Shown: positions 50,337 to 63,949, counted from the stretch's first letter. The stretch is 64,000 nt of DNA from Dimorphilus gyrociliatus (GCA_904063045.1 CAJFCJ010000026.1:350964-414963); one strand, 5' to 3'. A program made the numbers and translations. The notes: a model not told the origin generated them from the letters alone.

Positions 50337-52735
50337 ATTATGTTCTATATGTTCAAGTGTTGATAAAAAAAGAATCAGAATTATTCTGAGCAAATGTGAT
50401 GAAATTTTACAAGATAAATCTACCAATAAAGTCTCAAATGCTGAAAATATAGATCTAAATCATACAAGAGAAGAGATAGATGTGCAAAATATAATAATGG
50501 ATGTTGATCATGAAGAAGTGGTTACCCTTATTGAAACACTGAATTGTGATGCAGAGTACAGGCTTGTTGACAATCTTAGTGAAAGCAGCCCTCTGCATGG
50601 AAATACATTACATTTGAATGAGAATGATGTCAATATGGAGGAGTCCTTTGAAAGTATACCAGAGGTGAACTATGACAGCAATGGTAAATTCAGAATATTC
50701 CCTACAGGAAGTCAAAAAGGCAAAGAATTACTTGCATCTAATGGTCACTCATTTGTTGTCAAAAGAAAAGACAAGACTTCCATAATTTGGAGATGTGGAG
50801 TTAGAAGCAAGAAAATGAAATGTCCTGCCAGTGTCATTCAAAGAAATAATAACTTCTCTTTGGGGTCTAAATATCATATTCACGCCCCCAAAAAAAATTT
50901 GGAACAAATTATTGAAATGAAAGTGACAGCAAAACAAAAAGGAAAGACTGACACCAATGTTAGTGGAAAACGAATAGCTGAAAATGTTCTGCAAATATGG
51001 GAAATATTGTAAAAGTTGAAAATTGCAAAGAAATGATAAATTACCATAGAAGAAAAAATCGTCCCAATGAACCTATTGGAAGAAACTTTCTTATTAATAA
51101 TTGCTTCATTCCTGATGATTTCTTAAAGAAAGATGTCCTTGAAAATAATGAAAGAGTGATTATTTTTTCCACTTCAAAACAACTTAGCTTACTTGCAGTG
51201 TCAAAAGTCTGGTACTTAGATGGAACTTTCAAGATTTGTTAAGGACCCATTTACACAGTTATTTTCATTTCACTCATTCCTCAAAAAAGAAGGTGAATTA
51301 AAACAGGTTCCTCTTCTATATGCATTCATGTCATCAAAAAAGAAAAAAGCATATAATCTGTTATTCAAGGTAGTTCAACTTGAAATTTTCTCTGAATTGC
51401 ATTTAATATTCATTTCACTGTTTTTCAGTGCATTAATCAACTGCTACAATATAAGGAACCAAAAAAGATAGTTATGGATTTTGAAAAAGCTGTTTGGAAA
51501 GCTGTATTAAATAATTGGGAAAATGTAAATCTGTCACGATGCTTATTCCATTGGAATCAAGCAGTTTATAAAAAAATTCAGGTATTATTCAACCTAAAAC
51601 TCAAACTGGTGTCATTTTTAATTTTGTTTTTTTAGGAGCTTGGTTATTCATCAGACTTCAACAAAAAAAATGGACAATGGTTTGAAATGAGACAGCTAAT
51701 GGCTTTGCCATTCCTTCCATCTCACATTATTCCAATAGAGTTTATTAAAATTAAGGATTACCTTAAATCAATTGATAAACTTGCTGATTTTATTGATTAT
51801 TTTGAAAGAACTTGGATTTTGAATGATGTTTGGTCACCAAAATGTTGGTCTATCTATCAATGTCCAATCAGAACAAATAATGATGTTGAGGGATTTCACA
51901 ATAGGTTGAATGGAAATGTTGGAGTGAATGTTTCATTTTATTCTGTGATAGATGAATTGAAAAGGGAAGCAGACCTTTTAGCAGCATATCAAAGAATGTT
52001 ATCAGAAAAGAAGATATTAAGATACCAAAGAAAGCTTTATAAGAACCTGCAAAATAAAATATTTTCAATTTGGGAAAGATTTGAAAAGCATGAGATTACT
52101 TCATCAGAAGTTCTAGTAAAGTGTTCTGAACTTTATTTAGTAGCTCAATAAATAAATCAATTGTTGTTAAATTGCATGATCTTTTAAGTTGTAGTCTCAT
52201 AATGTATTCAACTCTTCAAATAAACACACTTTCAAAATTTCATTCATTTCTTGTTTTATATATTTTAGGTTGAAGAATCCTGTGGCCGTTTTCTGTCGTA
52301 TTCATGTCTCTCCAGTCCTCTCCTGTCTCCATATACTTTCCTGAGTATCCAAGAGACTGGAAAGATCATTAATTGTAAAGGCAAACCCTAAAGATTAAAT
52401 TAAAAATGAATGTTTTACCTGTAGTTTTCTATATATTGCTTGAGTAAAATGGAATGCACATCCATGAATTTGTGGTTCTGGAAATATTTTGGATACAGCT
52501 CTTCACAGACCAATCTCAAAGCCAATTGTTATATTCTCAGGCTGTGACAGTTAGGTTTCTGATAATCTAAAGAATGAAACAGTTAAAGAATAAATTTCTC
52601 AAAATAATACCTTAAATGCCCTTTTATAGCTTTTTTTTTGCTTTGGTGTCATAAAAATAAATGCCAATGGAACATGTTTTATTTCAACCACCTTTTTTTG
52701 ACATAGCTGTGTATAAATAAGAGCTAATAAAAAGG

Positions 52736-54716
52736 GAATAGGGGTGAAACCGTACCCATTGAGGGTGAAATTTTAACTGTCACCATGAGAAAATCAAAAA
52801 AAGAAATAATTAATCTATTTGTTTTAACAAATATGTGATATACAAGTACCAGTTTTTTGCAGGTCAGCCATTTTGAATTTGTTTGTTGATTACTTGATAA
52901 GAGAATCTTGAAATAGTATTATAAATATTTGTTTCCAGGCTGTCAGTTTGTCTGGATTGTGAAAAAAGACAGTGTCTTCTTCAAATCACAAGACCAGAAG
53001 ATCAAGGAATGAAAGAAAGAGTTGCAATGGATGAGAATGAAGATGAAAAGATTGATGAAGAGACAACAGATAACAGAAAAGGTGATGATCTAAGAGATTC
53101 AAATACAAATAATGATGAAATATCATCAGTGAATGCTGTTGACACTTTCCAAGAAGTTATGGATAATGATTTTCAAATAATTAGTAGTGGAAGTCAACTG
53201 GGAAAGGACATTCTGATACACAATGGATTTTCATTCACACTCAAGGCTAAAACTTCTAAAAGTAGCATTTGGGTGTGCAGTAAAAGAACTAAAAAGCAGA
53301 GATGTCCTGCAAGAATTCGCCAACAAGGAAATTCATTTATAAAGGGAAGCAAAAAACACATTCATGGAGCCAATCAAAGTTTATCATCCAATATATCAAT
53401 CAGGAAAGATTGAAGGGATATATGCCTAACTGACACACATTCAAGTGGAAGAAGGTTAGCAGAAACAGTTCTTTTGAAACACCAAGAACAAACTGACTCT
53501 GCCAAATATTGACTACTTGAAAAGAGTTGCAAATTTTACAAGACAAAAACTTAGGCCTAATGAACCAAAAGAAGTGGACTATGATTTAAATAAGAATTTC
53601 ATTCCTGATGATTTCTTAAAAGATGACATTTATGAAAACAACAATAGAATCCTGATTTTTGCCACAAATCATCAGCTTGATTTACTTGGTAAATCAAATC
53701 ATTGGTTTATAGATGGAACATTCAAGATTGTGAAAGATCCATTCTATCAACTAATATCTATTCATAGCTATGTGAAAAAGAATGGTGCAATGAAACATCT
53801 TCCCCTGGCTTTCAATTTTATGTCATCAAAACAAAAAAAATATTATAAAAAGGCATTTAAGGTATACATTTTCATAGTTCATTAACAATTTTTCTGATAC
53901 TCAAATCACACTTCAGAGCATCAGAAACTTGACCTCAATATCACAGCCTGAGAAAATAACAATGGATTTTGAGATGAGTTTGTGGAAAGCTGTCTTTAAG
54001 ATCTATCCAGAATCAGAAATTCATGGTTGTGTTTTCCACTTCACCCAGGCAATCTATAGAAAAATTCAGGTACAAGATGTTAATAAATATGATACTTTTC
54101 AACTTTTCATAAATTGTCTTTTTAATCTCTTGGCTACTCTGAAAGATATATGGAGAAAGGAGAGGACTGGAGAGACCTGAGGAAGTTGATGGCTTTACCT
54201 TTTCTACCTGCAGATATTATTACTCCTACATTTTTTACCTTGAAGAGTCAGCTGGAAGAAAAGAGAAAATTTTCAGACTTGCTGGAATATTATGAAAATA
54301 CTTGGATTTTGAATTCTACTTGGAAACCATTGAATTGGTCAATATTTGGATTATCAATAAGGACTAATAATAATAGTATAGAAGGATGGCACAATAGAAT
54401 GAATAATAAAGTATAATCAAAAGGATTATTCTATTTGTTAATTGATGAATTGAAAAGAGAGGCTGATTTGGTTTGTATTTATGAAAAACTTCTCTCTGAG
54501 AAGAAGATTATCAAATATCAGAGAAGAAAATATTTGAAATCTGGGATGATTATAGGCTTGGAAGGATATTAGCTGATGAATTCATTAATCCAGACTTCTT
54601 ATATTTATACTCCATAGTTTTTATTATCTATTCTTTTCTTTAGTTAACTTATAGTATAATACCTCTTCAATACATATATTACCATATTTTTTGTATTTCT
54701 ATATGAATCAACAATA
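52736..54716 (+). mobile_element. MULE-C, frameshifted, 3' TIR missing
   Basis: Left terminus gaataggggtgaaaccgtaccc; FLYWCH GSQLGKDILIHNGFSF..WVC..C..H; WFIDGTF, MDFE, CVFH, IEGWH. Confidence 0.9.
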
Positions 54717-56055
54717 TCCATCAATGAATCAGTGTTTTAACTGACTAAACAAATTAAGATGATGGCTGCTTCCAAAAATAGGAATTCTCTCTTTCTTTTT
54801 CAAAATGGCTGTCATTTTATATTTTAATATTTTTTTATTTTTGTAGGTTGCATTATTATAATTCAGAATAATAAAATTTGTGTATAATAAAGTAATTGGA
54901 ACAAACAAAATCTGTCACCAAAAATACATCTCTACTAGTCTGGTTCCTGTCTCCTCCAAAGACAGATTTGTTGCACACTTTACAAAAAAGGCATACTTTT
55001 AGTGGGCAATCACAAAAATGGCTTTCTTTTATGCAAAACACTCTTTAACATGCTTTTAATATAGTTCCTCTCCATTCAAATAAAAACACTTTTAAATGTA
55101 TTATGTTGTTTTTGCTTTTGTCAACATTAATCTGGTTCCAGTCTCGTCAAAAAACACATCTAAAGTTGCATATCAGTAAAGAAAATTACTTAGGAACCAC
55201 ACTTAAAAATTACAGTTTTTTTTGTTCCTTCTAAATTGTATCCTAACGTGGTTCCAGTTCCTTACTAAAAAATAAATCTTAACTTTTATCCTACTATTTT
55301 TCCTTAAAACCTGTACATTTAACAATATTGTAGTGTGGTTCCAGTTCCTTCATTTAAAAAACAACTTTACGCGTCGTGGGAATTGTGAAGGCGAAGGTCG
55401 AGAAAAAATAAACATTAAAAAGTTTTTAGTGTGGAGTTGTTTCCTGTTCCCTCCGGAAAAAAGAACACATTTAAACTGGTTCCCGTCTTTTATCAAGATG
55501 TAAATTTTTTCAATTCTATTTTTGTAGAGTATTGCTAGATTATTGTTTTTAGAAACGGTTTAGTAGACAAAGTCACTAATTTAGGGTTAAGGTCGAAAAG
55601 GTAAAAGAACCTTTATAGTAATAGAAATTTTCCGAGAGCAACAACTCACTTTAAATTTATTCCAGAGTGGTTCCGGTCCCTATCAAAAAGCCATTTTGTT
55701 TTTACAAGGAAATGAAAAGTAAATTTTAAATATGGTTCGTGTTCCACTCTGAAAATATATTTACAAATTTATGACAACTTTTTAACCTAGCAACAACAAA
55801 TTTTAAAAAGAGTAACAGTAATTTTCCTTGGAAGGAACACATTAAAAAGTGCTGAAGTGTGGTTCCTGTCCTACTCCAAAAAAAAACACTAAAGCATTTC
55901 AGATATGTGTTGTAGACTGGTGTCACTCATTTTAAATCCAGTTCCTCTAGGATTCTTCTTTAAAACAAAAAAATAAAAAACCTTTTCTAGTGAGGTTCTT
56001 GTCCAAAAACCTTTATGATGGTTCATTCTTAAAAATCACAATCATAAATTGTATT

Positions 56056-57595
56056 GGTGACAGGTGAAACCGTACCCAGGTGAAATCGTACCCATTGAGG
56101 GTGAAATCGTACCCATTGGTGGTGAATCTCTTGCTGTGACCAAGTAAAACTGTTATTGTTGATTCATATAGAAATGAAAAAAATATGATAATGTATGTAT
56201 TGAAGAGGTATTATACTATAAGTTAACTAAAGAAAAGAATAGATAATAGCAACTATGGAGTATAAATATAAGATGCCTGGATTAATAATTCATCAGCTAA
56301 TATCCTTCCAAGCTTATAATCATCCCAGATTTCAAATATTTTCTTCTCTATATCACCATATTTTTTTCTCTGATATTTGATAATCTTCTTCTCAGAGAGA
56401 AGTTTTTCATAAATACAAACCAAATCAGCCTCTCTTTTCAATTCATCAATCAACAAATAGAATGATCCTTTTGATTGTACTTTATTATTCATTCTATTGT
56501 GTCATCCTTCCATACTATTATTAGTCCTTATTGATAATCCAAATATTGACCAATTCAATGGTTTCCAAGTAGAATTCAAAATCCAAGTATTTTCATAATA
56601 TTCCAGCAAGTCTGAAAATTTTCTCTTTTCTTCCAGCTGACTCTTCAAGCTAAAAAATGTTGAATGTTCCATCTATAAACCAATGATTTGATTTACCAAG
56701 TAAATCAAGCTGATGATTTGTGGCAAAAATCAGGATTCTATTGTTGTTTTCACAAATGTCATCTTTTAAGAAATCATCAGGAATGAAATTCTTAGTTAAA
56801 TCAAAGTCCACTTCTTTTGGTTCATTAGGCCTAAGTTCCTGTCTGGTAAAATTTGCTAATCTTCTTCCACTTGAATGTGTGTCAGTTAGGCACATATCCC
56901 TTCAATCTTTCCTGATTGATATATTGGATGATAAACTTTGATTGGCTCCATGAATGTGTTTTTTGCTTCCCTTTATAAATGAATTTCCTTGTTGGCGAAT
57001 TCTTGCAGGACATCTCTGCTTTTTAGTTCTTTTACTGCACACCCAAATGCTACTTTTAGAAGTTTTAGCCTTGAGTGTGAATGAAAATCCATTGTGTATC
57101 AGAATGTCCTTTCCCAGTTGACTTCCACCACTAATTATTTGAAAATCATTATCCATAACTTCTTGGAAAGTGTCAACAGCATTCACTGATGATATTTCAT
57201 CATTATTTGTATTTGAATCTCTTAGATCATCACCTTTTCTGTTATCTGTTGTCTCTTCATCAATCTTTTCATCTTCATTCTCATCCATTGCAACTCTTTC
57301 TTTCATTCCTTGATCTTCTGGTCTTGTGATTTGAAGAAGACACTGTCTTTTTTCACAATCCAGACAAACTGACAGCCTGGAAACAAATATTTATAATACT
57401 ATTTCAAGATTCTCTTATCAAGTAATCAACAAACAAATTCAAAATGGCTGACCTGAAAAAAACTGGTACTTGTATATCACATATTTGTTAAAACAAATAA
57501 ATTAATTATTTCATTTTTTGATTTTCTCATGTTGACAGTTAAAATTTCATCCAGGTACGATTTCACCCTCAATGGGTACGGTTTCACCCCTATTC
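56056..57595 (-). mobile_element. Internally deleted MULE-C derivative with both TIRs and perfect 9-bp TSD
   Basis: TSD aattgtatt at 56047-56055 and 57596-57604; GGTGAAA(C/T)CGTACCC repeats at both ends; two microhomology deletions (~56660, ~56865). Confidence 0.93.
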
Positions 57596-57829
57596 AATTG
57601 TATTTACTATGGTTCTTGTCATTTGAACAAAAATACAAAATTTCTTGAAAAATAATAAATTTTAGGCTACAGGAGAAAACTTCCTGAATAGAAATTCAAT
57701 GTAAATAAAGAGAGCAGTTGCTCTAAAAAGCTAAAAACTGAATAAAAAGAATTAAAAATATTTGAATATGATTATAATTGATTAAGTCTAAAAAAAAAGA
57801 GTAAAAACATAAAATGATTGACATCAATA

Positions 57830-58290
57830 TCTTATCATTTAGCAAGTTTTTTCACATCTGCTTCTCTTTTCAGGACATCTAAAAGGGAATAGAAATTGAT
57901 GGAAGAGATTTTTGTTTAGCCTTCAAAATCATTATTAGTTCTGCTAGCCTCACCATATACAGTCCACACATCTGGTTTGAAAAATCCATTGAGACTTATT
58001 GTACTCAAATAAAGATTTTATTTTAAAGGAACCTATTTCTTTCATGGCCTGAAAAGTTAGTTAATCTTTATCAGTAGGCTGGAAGGGTAAGGTCATTAAT
58101 TACTTTATGATATCATATCCTGCACTTTTTATCTTGGACATCCTACAAATCTTAATTCCTGAAGAAGAAAAAACATTGTTTTTTATATATCTGCAAGTTA
58201 AAGGCTTGTTCAATAATTACTTGAATCTTCCTGTAAATTGCCTGTGTCCAGTGAAAAACAACATCCTCAGGAAAAGTGAATGATACTAAT
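57830..58290 (-). pseudogene. MULE transposase C-terminal fragment
   Basis: GCCFHWTQAIYRKIQ, intron, then similarity to 35810-36150. Confidence 0.65.
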
Positions 58291-60979
58291 TTACAAAACA
58301 ACCTTTTATATCAGCTAAGCTCACATTTCCCATAATTTTGCCTTCCATTTATTTTCTCTTTACAAATAGTAACAAATTTATGCCTTTTAAATTAGAAAAA
58401 ATGATAAACAAAATGGCTGACATCAAAATGAAGCTTAATTAATGACAAATTAATTTTAACAAAATATTCAATAACTTACTGATAATTAGCTCTAAAGTAC
58501 TTTTTTGTCTTGTTTTTATGAAATTGTTCACATTCAATCCAAAATATTCAGGATCCTAGTAACAGTTTCTTTTCTAAATTTCAAAATGGCTACCAAAAAT
58601 TGTTGCATTAAGGAAATGTCTTGTTAATGTCTCAAAATATAAGTTTTGTCTTAACTAAGTAAATGTTCTAGAGTGGTTTCTCTCATTTTAAAACCAATTC
58701 CTCTAAAATTCTTCTTTTCTATAGTATGGTTCCTGTCCATCTAAAAAATTTACCATTTTAAAATTTAAAAATTTAAAAATTGTGTTATGATGTTGAGGGT
58801 AGAAAAAAGTGTGGTTCACTTGGTCAAATTCCTTTTTAAAATTTGTTGTAATGTGGTTCCCTATACCAACAGAAAAACACTCAGAAATTTCGCTTAACAA
58901 AAACTTGGTTCCTATTCTAAACTAAACATATATATTTCAAAATTGTACTAATTTATTTAATGTGGTTCCCTTTCCCCAAACAAAAAACATTACCTACAAA
59001 ACAAATTCAAAAACATATGTTGATATTTTTTCCATGTCTACAACTTTTTTAGAGTGGTTGCAGTCCTCAGCAGAATGCTCTTTTTCACCTAACTTCCAAA
59101 ATCCAAAGAATAGTAATATGATATGGTTCAAGTTCAATATAAAAATTTCATAAGAACAAAAATTGTATATTATTATGTTACTATAAAAAGTCATTTTTAA
59201 AATGTATTACAGTGTTGCTCAAACTATTCTAGAGTGGTTTCCGTCCGAGGCAAAAAAAAACATGACAAAAAGGAAAAAGATTCTAGTGTGGTTCTTGTCT
59301 CTTTTTAAAAAGAAATATCTTTTAGTATTCTCTTTTTAAAAACAAAAATATGGTTCCCGTCTTCATGAAATACTCTTTTTCTTAATGCTTTTTAAATGAA
59401 ATATTGAAGATAAAGATGAATAAAATAAAAAAAATGCTGGTGTGATATGTAAAATGAAGGGCAAAACAAACTATTGAAACTGAATACTAATAATAAATTT
59501 AGATGAAAAAAATATGGTTCTTATTCGGATCAGAATAAAACACTTTATAAAATGGATGTCATTATTCTTATTATTATGTTAGACTGGTTTTCAATTTAAT
59601 CAGTGTATATTTCTCAAGGAGAATAAAGACTGGTTCCTAATGTTTTAACCACTTGTAAATGTTTATTTGTCTAAAATTAATTATGGTAAAGAAAGGAAAG
59701 AAAATTTATTTAGGCAGGAAAATAATTTGAAAAACTGATTCTTTATATTCTGCACTGTAGCTGGGCTACAATTAAATTTTGCTGCTATGCCTTGAATGGT
59801 CAATTTTGGCATGCTTAAGTGGAACATGATATCTTTGCAGATTGTAGAACAAATGTTTTTCAATGACATTACTCATAATTCTGAGGTCATAATGATGACA
59901 ATAATTATAATTACTTAATAGCTGTCTAAATTCATAGTATTGTAAAAAAGAGTGAAAAATTGATACTTAAAATATAGATATTTTAAAAAGTTTTGCATAA
60001 ACAAATCAAATCATCTAAATTTTTTAGTGTGGATCCTGCCCAGCACCAAAAAATAGTGTTCCAAAATGTATACCACATTTATTTGATAGTTTATTTTAGT
60101 GTGGTTCCTCTTCCTTCAAAAAAGTTTTCACTAGTATTTACCAATTAAACATTGGTGAGTGTGCTGAATTTAAAGATCAACAAATTAAAAAAGTGATCAC
60201 AGCATGTGAGAGATAAATGTCTATAAAACTAACAATTTTAAAGGTTTTGGTCAAGAAAATATCATGATTGCTAATGTATTTTAGTTTGGTTCCTGTCCCT
60301 ATACATAAAGATATTCATAGTAATCATCCTAAAAATACACCGTTTAATGTGGTTGCTAATCCCCACATCAAAAAACACAATTTGAAATATACACAAGCAT
60401 ATTTGTTTACTAGTGTGGTTGGTGTCCACTCTGTATTTTTTTTTAATTCTTTGTTTAAACTGGTATACACATTAGGAACCAGTCTAAGCCGTACGCTTAT
60501 AAGACGTAGCCAATTCGGTTGAAGTGTCATTTAGATCTAAGATTGCCAAGCAAAAGTATCTCTTGGTACTTGACTTAATCCAAAAATCTACAAAAAAAAT
60601 CTATTATTGTCTCCAATGTCTGTATCATCAATACCAGTTTTTATTTGCAAAGAGCATATTTTACTGATTTTGACATGAAGTTTAATTTGAAACTATTGAA
60701 CAATATATTCTTAGACTTGATATCAACCCACTTAATAATTCTTTTGGTTTTAAAGCAAAATAGTACTTGACCAGTATTTAATAACTGGTAGCTTGTTCTT
60801 TTTGATTTTTTTATAGGTCATGAGATATTATGATGAGTTTGTTTTTTTTTCAAAAAACACAACAAATATTCAAAAATGTTCTAGAATGGATTTTTCTTAA
60901 CAGAAAAATTTTTTTAGTATGGTTCCTGTTCTTTCCTATTATGGTCCCTATCTCTCCAAAAATGGGATCAACAGAAAAC

Positions 60980-61860
60980 ACAATTTTACAAGATAAAGCT
61001 ACTAATAAAGTATCAATTGCTGAATATATAGATCTTAATCATACAACAGAAGAGAAAGATGTGCAAAATATAATAATGATTGTTGATCATGAACAACTTG
61101 TTACTCTTATTGAACCACTGAATTGTGATGCAGAGCCCAGGCTTTTTGATAACATTAGTGTAATTAGCCCTCTTCATGGAAATATATTACATTTTAATGA
61201 GAATGATATAAATATGGAGGATTCTTTTGAGAGTATACCAGAGGTGAACTATGACAGCAATGGTAAATTCAGAATATTCCCTACAGGAAGTGAAAAAGGC
61301 AAAGAATTACTTGTATCTAATGGTCACTCATTTGTTATCAAAAGAAAAGACAAGACTTCCATAATTTTGGAGATGAAATGAAATATCTTTCCAGTATCAT
61401 TCAATAAAATGATAATTTCTCTTTGGGGTCTAAATATCATATTCAATTGCCCAATGAACCTATTGGAAGAAATTTTCTTATTAATAATTGCTTCATTCCT
61501 GATGATTTCTTAAAGAAAGATGTTCTTGAAAATAATGGAACAATGATTATTTTTTCCACTTCAAACCAACTTAGTTTACTTACAGTGTCAAAAGTCTGGT
61601 ATTTAAATGACACTTTGAAGATTGTTAAGAACCCATTTACAAAGTTGTTTTTCATTGCACTCATTAAAAACATGTTCCTCTCCCATATGCCTTCATGTCG
61701 CTTCAAAAAAGAGAGTTACTGATTATGAAAAATTATTGGGAAAATGTAGATCTGTCAGGAAAATCATGAGTATTACTTTATCAGAAGTTCTACAAAAGTG
61801 CTTTGAACTTTATTTAAAAGCTCAATAAATACATCATTTCTTGTTAGATTGCATGTTTCT
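60980..61860 (+). pseudogene. Deleted copy of MULE-B transposase
   Basis: Close match to 50420-51300 and 52100-52200; no TIRs seen. Confidence 0.85.
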
Positions 61861-63379
61861 TTAAGTTGTAGTCTGTGAACACATTCTGTGATACATTCCA
61901 CAAAAATTACAATCATTATTAAAGTTAAAGCTAAGAAAAATATTTTAATATGGTTCCTATTCCCACAAATGTATTATAGAGTTTAATCTATTGGTCAACT
62001 TTGCTGGACATTAGGAATTTGTAAAAATGTGAAAAAAGAACTACTTTTTTCCAAACTTTAACACTTTTCAAAATGACATATAGAGTGGTTCCTGGTTTTC
62101 TTAGTAACAAAAAAAATTTTTAAATTAATGTAAAGGTGTGGTTTTAGTTCACACTTTTTAACGAATTGATGTAGTATTTTTGAATTGGATTATATTTTTT
62201 GCTGTAAATAGTCTGGTTCCTGATCAACAATTTGAAAATCATGACAGAAATTCCAGAAATTAGACTATATTTTTAATATGTCCATTTTAAAATGTATTTT
62301 CTAATTTGTTCCTTTCAGTGTAGTATAATAGTATATTGTAGTGTGGTTTCTGTCCCAAAAAGAAAACCACACAATATATTTTTTTAATATGGTTGCTGTC
62401 CTTCTAAATTAATAGATGTTATAATATTAATATAAATATTTTCTCCCTTAAAAGTTATGAAAAATTATATAGAAGAAAGAATTTTAAAGGTGAAGGTTGA
62501 GGAATTACTGAGCATAATCCGCATATATGCAAGCATTTTTTCACTTTTCCATATTTTTCAAGTGGTGCTTTTTTTTCGTGCGTGGCAACTAGTCTCATTT
62601 GTATGTTACAGTTATAATATAGCTGATAAACTGTCCACAGAGATTTGTCATGTTTACTCCTCTATCTCTCTCTCTCTTTTATCAGAATAATAAAAGTTTT
62701 GGTCTAGAGGCGCTGAATTCAAGATGGCGACATTTGAAGACATCTACAAACATTTTTTTGTAGTTGAATGCTCCAAGAATGGAAAATTTTCAACAAAAAG
62801 ACTTATGGTATCCCCTCCTATATGTTCAAGATTAGAAGAGTTGTATGATACTATTCAACTTGAATAATATGAATTAATTAATGAAAAAATAGGTCAACAT
62901 CATCATTATTATTAATTCAACCTTATTTAGGTCAACAGAATTTTGTTCATAATACAAATAAAGTTTTCTTGGGAAAATAGGGAAGGAGAGAGAGAGAGAG
63001 AGAGGATAAAGAAGATTTTCATTTTTTTATTATTTTCTTTAAGTTTTCTTCTTCTAGGAGAAGAAATAATCAAATTAGTAAATGAGATTTAGTCCTATTC
63101 TCTTAATGATTAGAGAGGGCAAGATATTGAGTGCAGAGTAATAAGATCAACTTTTATCCATCTTTCTGCTAAAAAAAAAAGCAATGTATTTATTGCACTT
63201 TGCAAAAAAAAAAACAGGTACTCTTATGGACTAAAGTTTTCGTTTTAATCCTATCAGAAGTATGCTGACTCATTGTCAAATTTATTTCAATAGGTTAACG
63301 AAGCAGAACTCCAGTAAGGAAAATTCCAAATATGTGAAAGCAATGCTCATCGCATCGATTAATAGCAATGAATAGTTCG

Positions 63380-63445
63380 TCACTGAGAAAACTATCTTAT
63401 ATATAGTCCATCTCCAAGCCAATTGACCAATCAGCGAGCCGATTA
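63380..63445 (-). promoter_or_regulatory. Candidate TATA plus CCAAT promoter
   Basis: TATATAAG at ~63396-63403, CCAAT at 63419 and 63427, TCAGT/TCATT Inr-like motifs downstream. Confidence 0.5.
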
Positions 63446-63524
63446 GAATTTGTGAGTACTACTCAAAGAATTTTAGAGAGTACTATCAACTGGGCTATGA
63501 GTCATGAATTTTTTTCAGATTAAT

Positions 63525-63790
63525 TAATCACGTGACTAAAAAAATCCCACATTTTTGTTTACAAGTTATCGAAAATAAAATCACGTGACCTAAATCATCT
63601 TATAAGGAGCGAGATCTATAAGCAACACTTAGGTATTATAGATCTCGAATTTCATCAATGTGGGTAGACTTTTTAGTTTTGTTCTCCGAAGAATTTTTAT
63701 GACATTTTTTTTTTTATAAAAAAAAAGCATCATAAATTAAAGATATAAATTTTTTTCTTTTTTCAAAAAAAAAAAGTGATCACGTGACAC
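63525..63790. promoter_or_regulatory. Cluster of TCACGTGA E-boxes
   Basis: TCACGTGA at ~63529, 63581, 63780. Confidence 0.5.
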
Positions 63791-63874
63791 GCAAGTCTTA
63801 AAGCTTGGTTATCTTGTCAATTGGGTCGAATTTAAAAGACCAAAAAAGCATAGTTCGGTAATAAGATTGTAACA

Positions 63875-63949
63875 CGAAGCGGTTAATTAGAAGTCAAATA
63901 GAACTAATTAATTTTTTTAATTAGTTCATCTGACTTTGTAACCGCTTCG
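63875..63949. other. 75-nt imperfect hairpin
   Basis: cgaagcggtta / taaccgcttcg and gaactaattaa / ttaattagttc arms with a T5 loop. Confidence 0.6.

Larger units (their letters stand above)
47029..52303 (+). mobile_element. MULE-B (PHD-like/FLYWCH/DDE), interrupted by MULE-A and frameshifted
   Basis: TIR cores gacagaaaacggccac (47041) / gtggccgttttctgtcgtattc (52303); exon 1 at 47250-47349 MLPYCFGC..CSLCHHKVHWAC; exon 2 rejoins across 47410-50345; frameshifts near 51000 and 51240. Confidence 0.88.

Noticed and set aside
60830-61381. 183-aa ORF with a hydrophobic N-terminus
   Set aside because: The N-terminus is minisatellite sequence fused by chance to a MULE-B fragment.
690-62400. AACCACA core as functional RUNX sites and AGGTCA repeats as nuclear-receptor elements
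   Set aside because: The matches lie within repeat units, and the sequence gives no evidence of function.
42529-63004. Microsatellites (AG)n at 42529 and ~62987, (CT)n at ~44507, (CAAA)n at ~44985
   Set aside because: Ordinary simple repeats.
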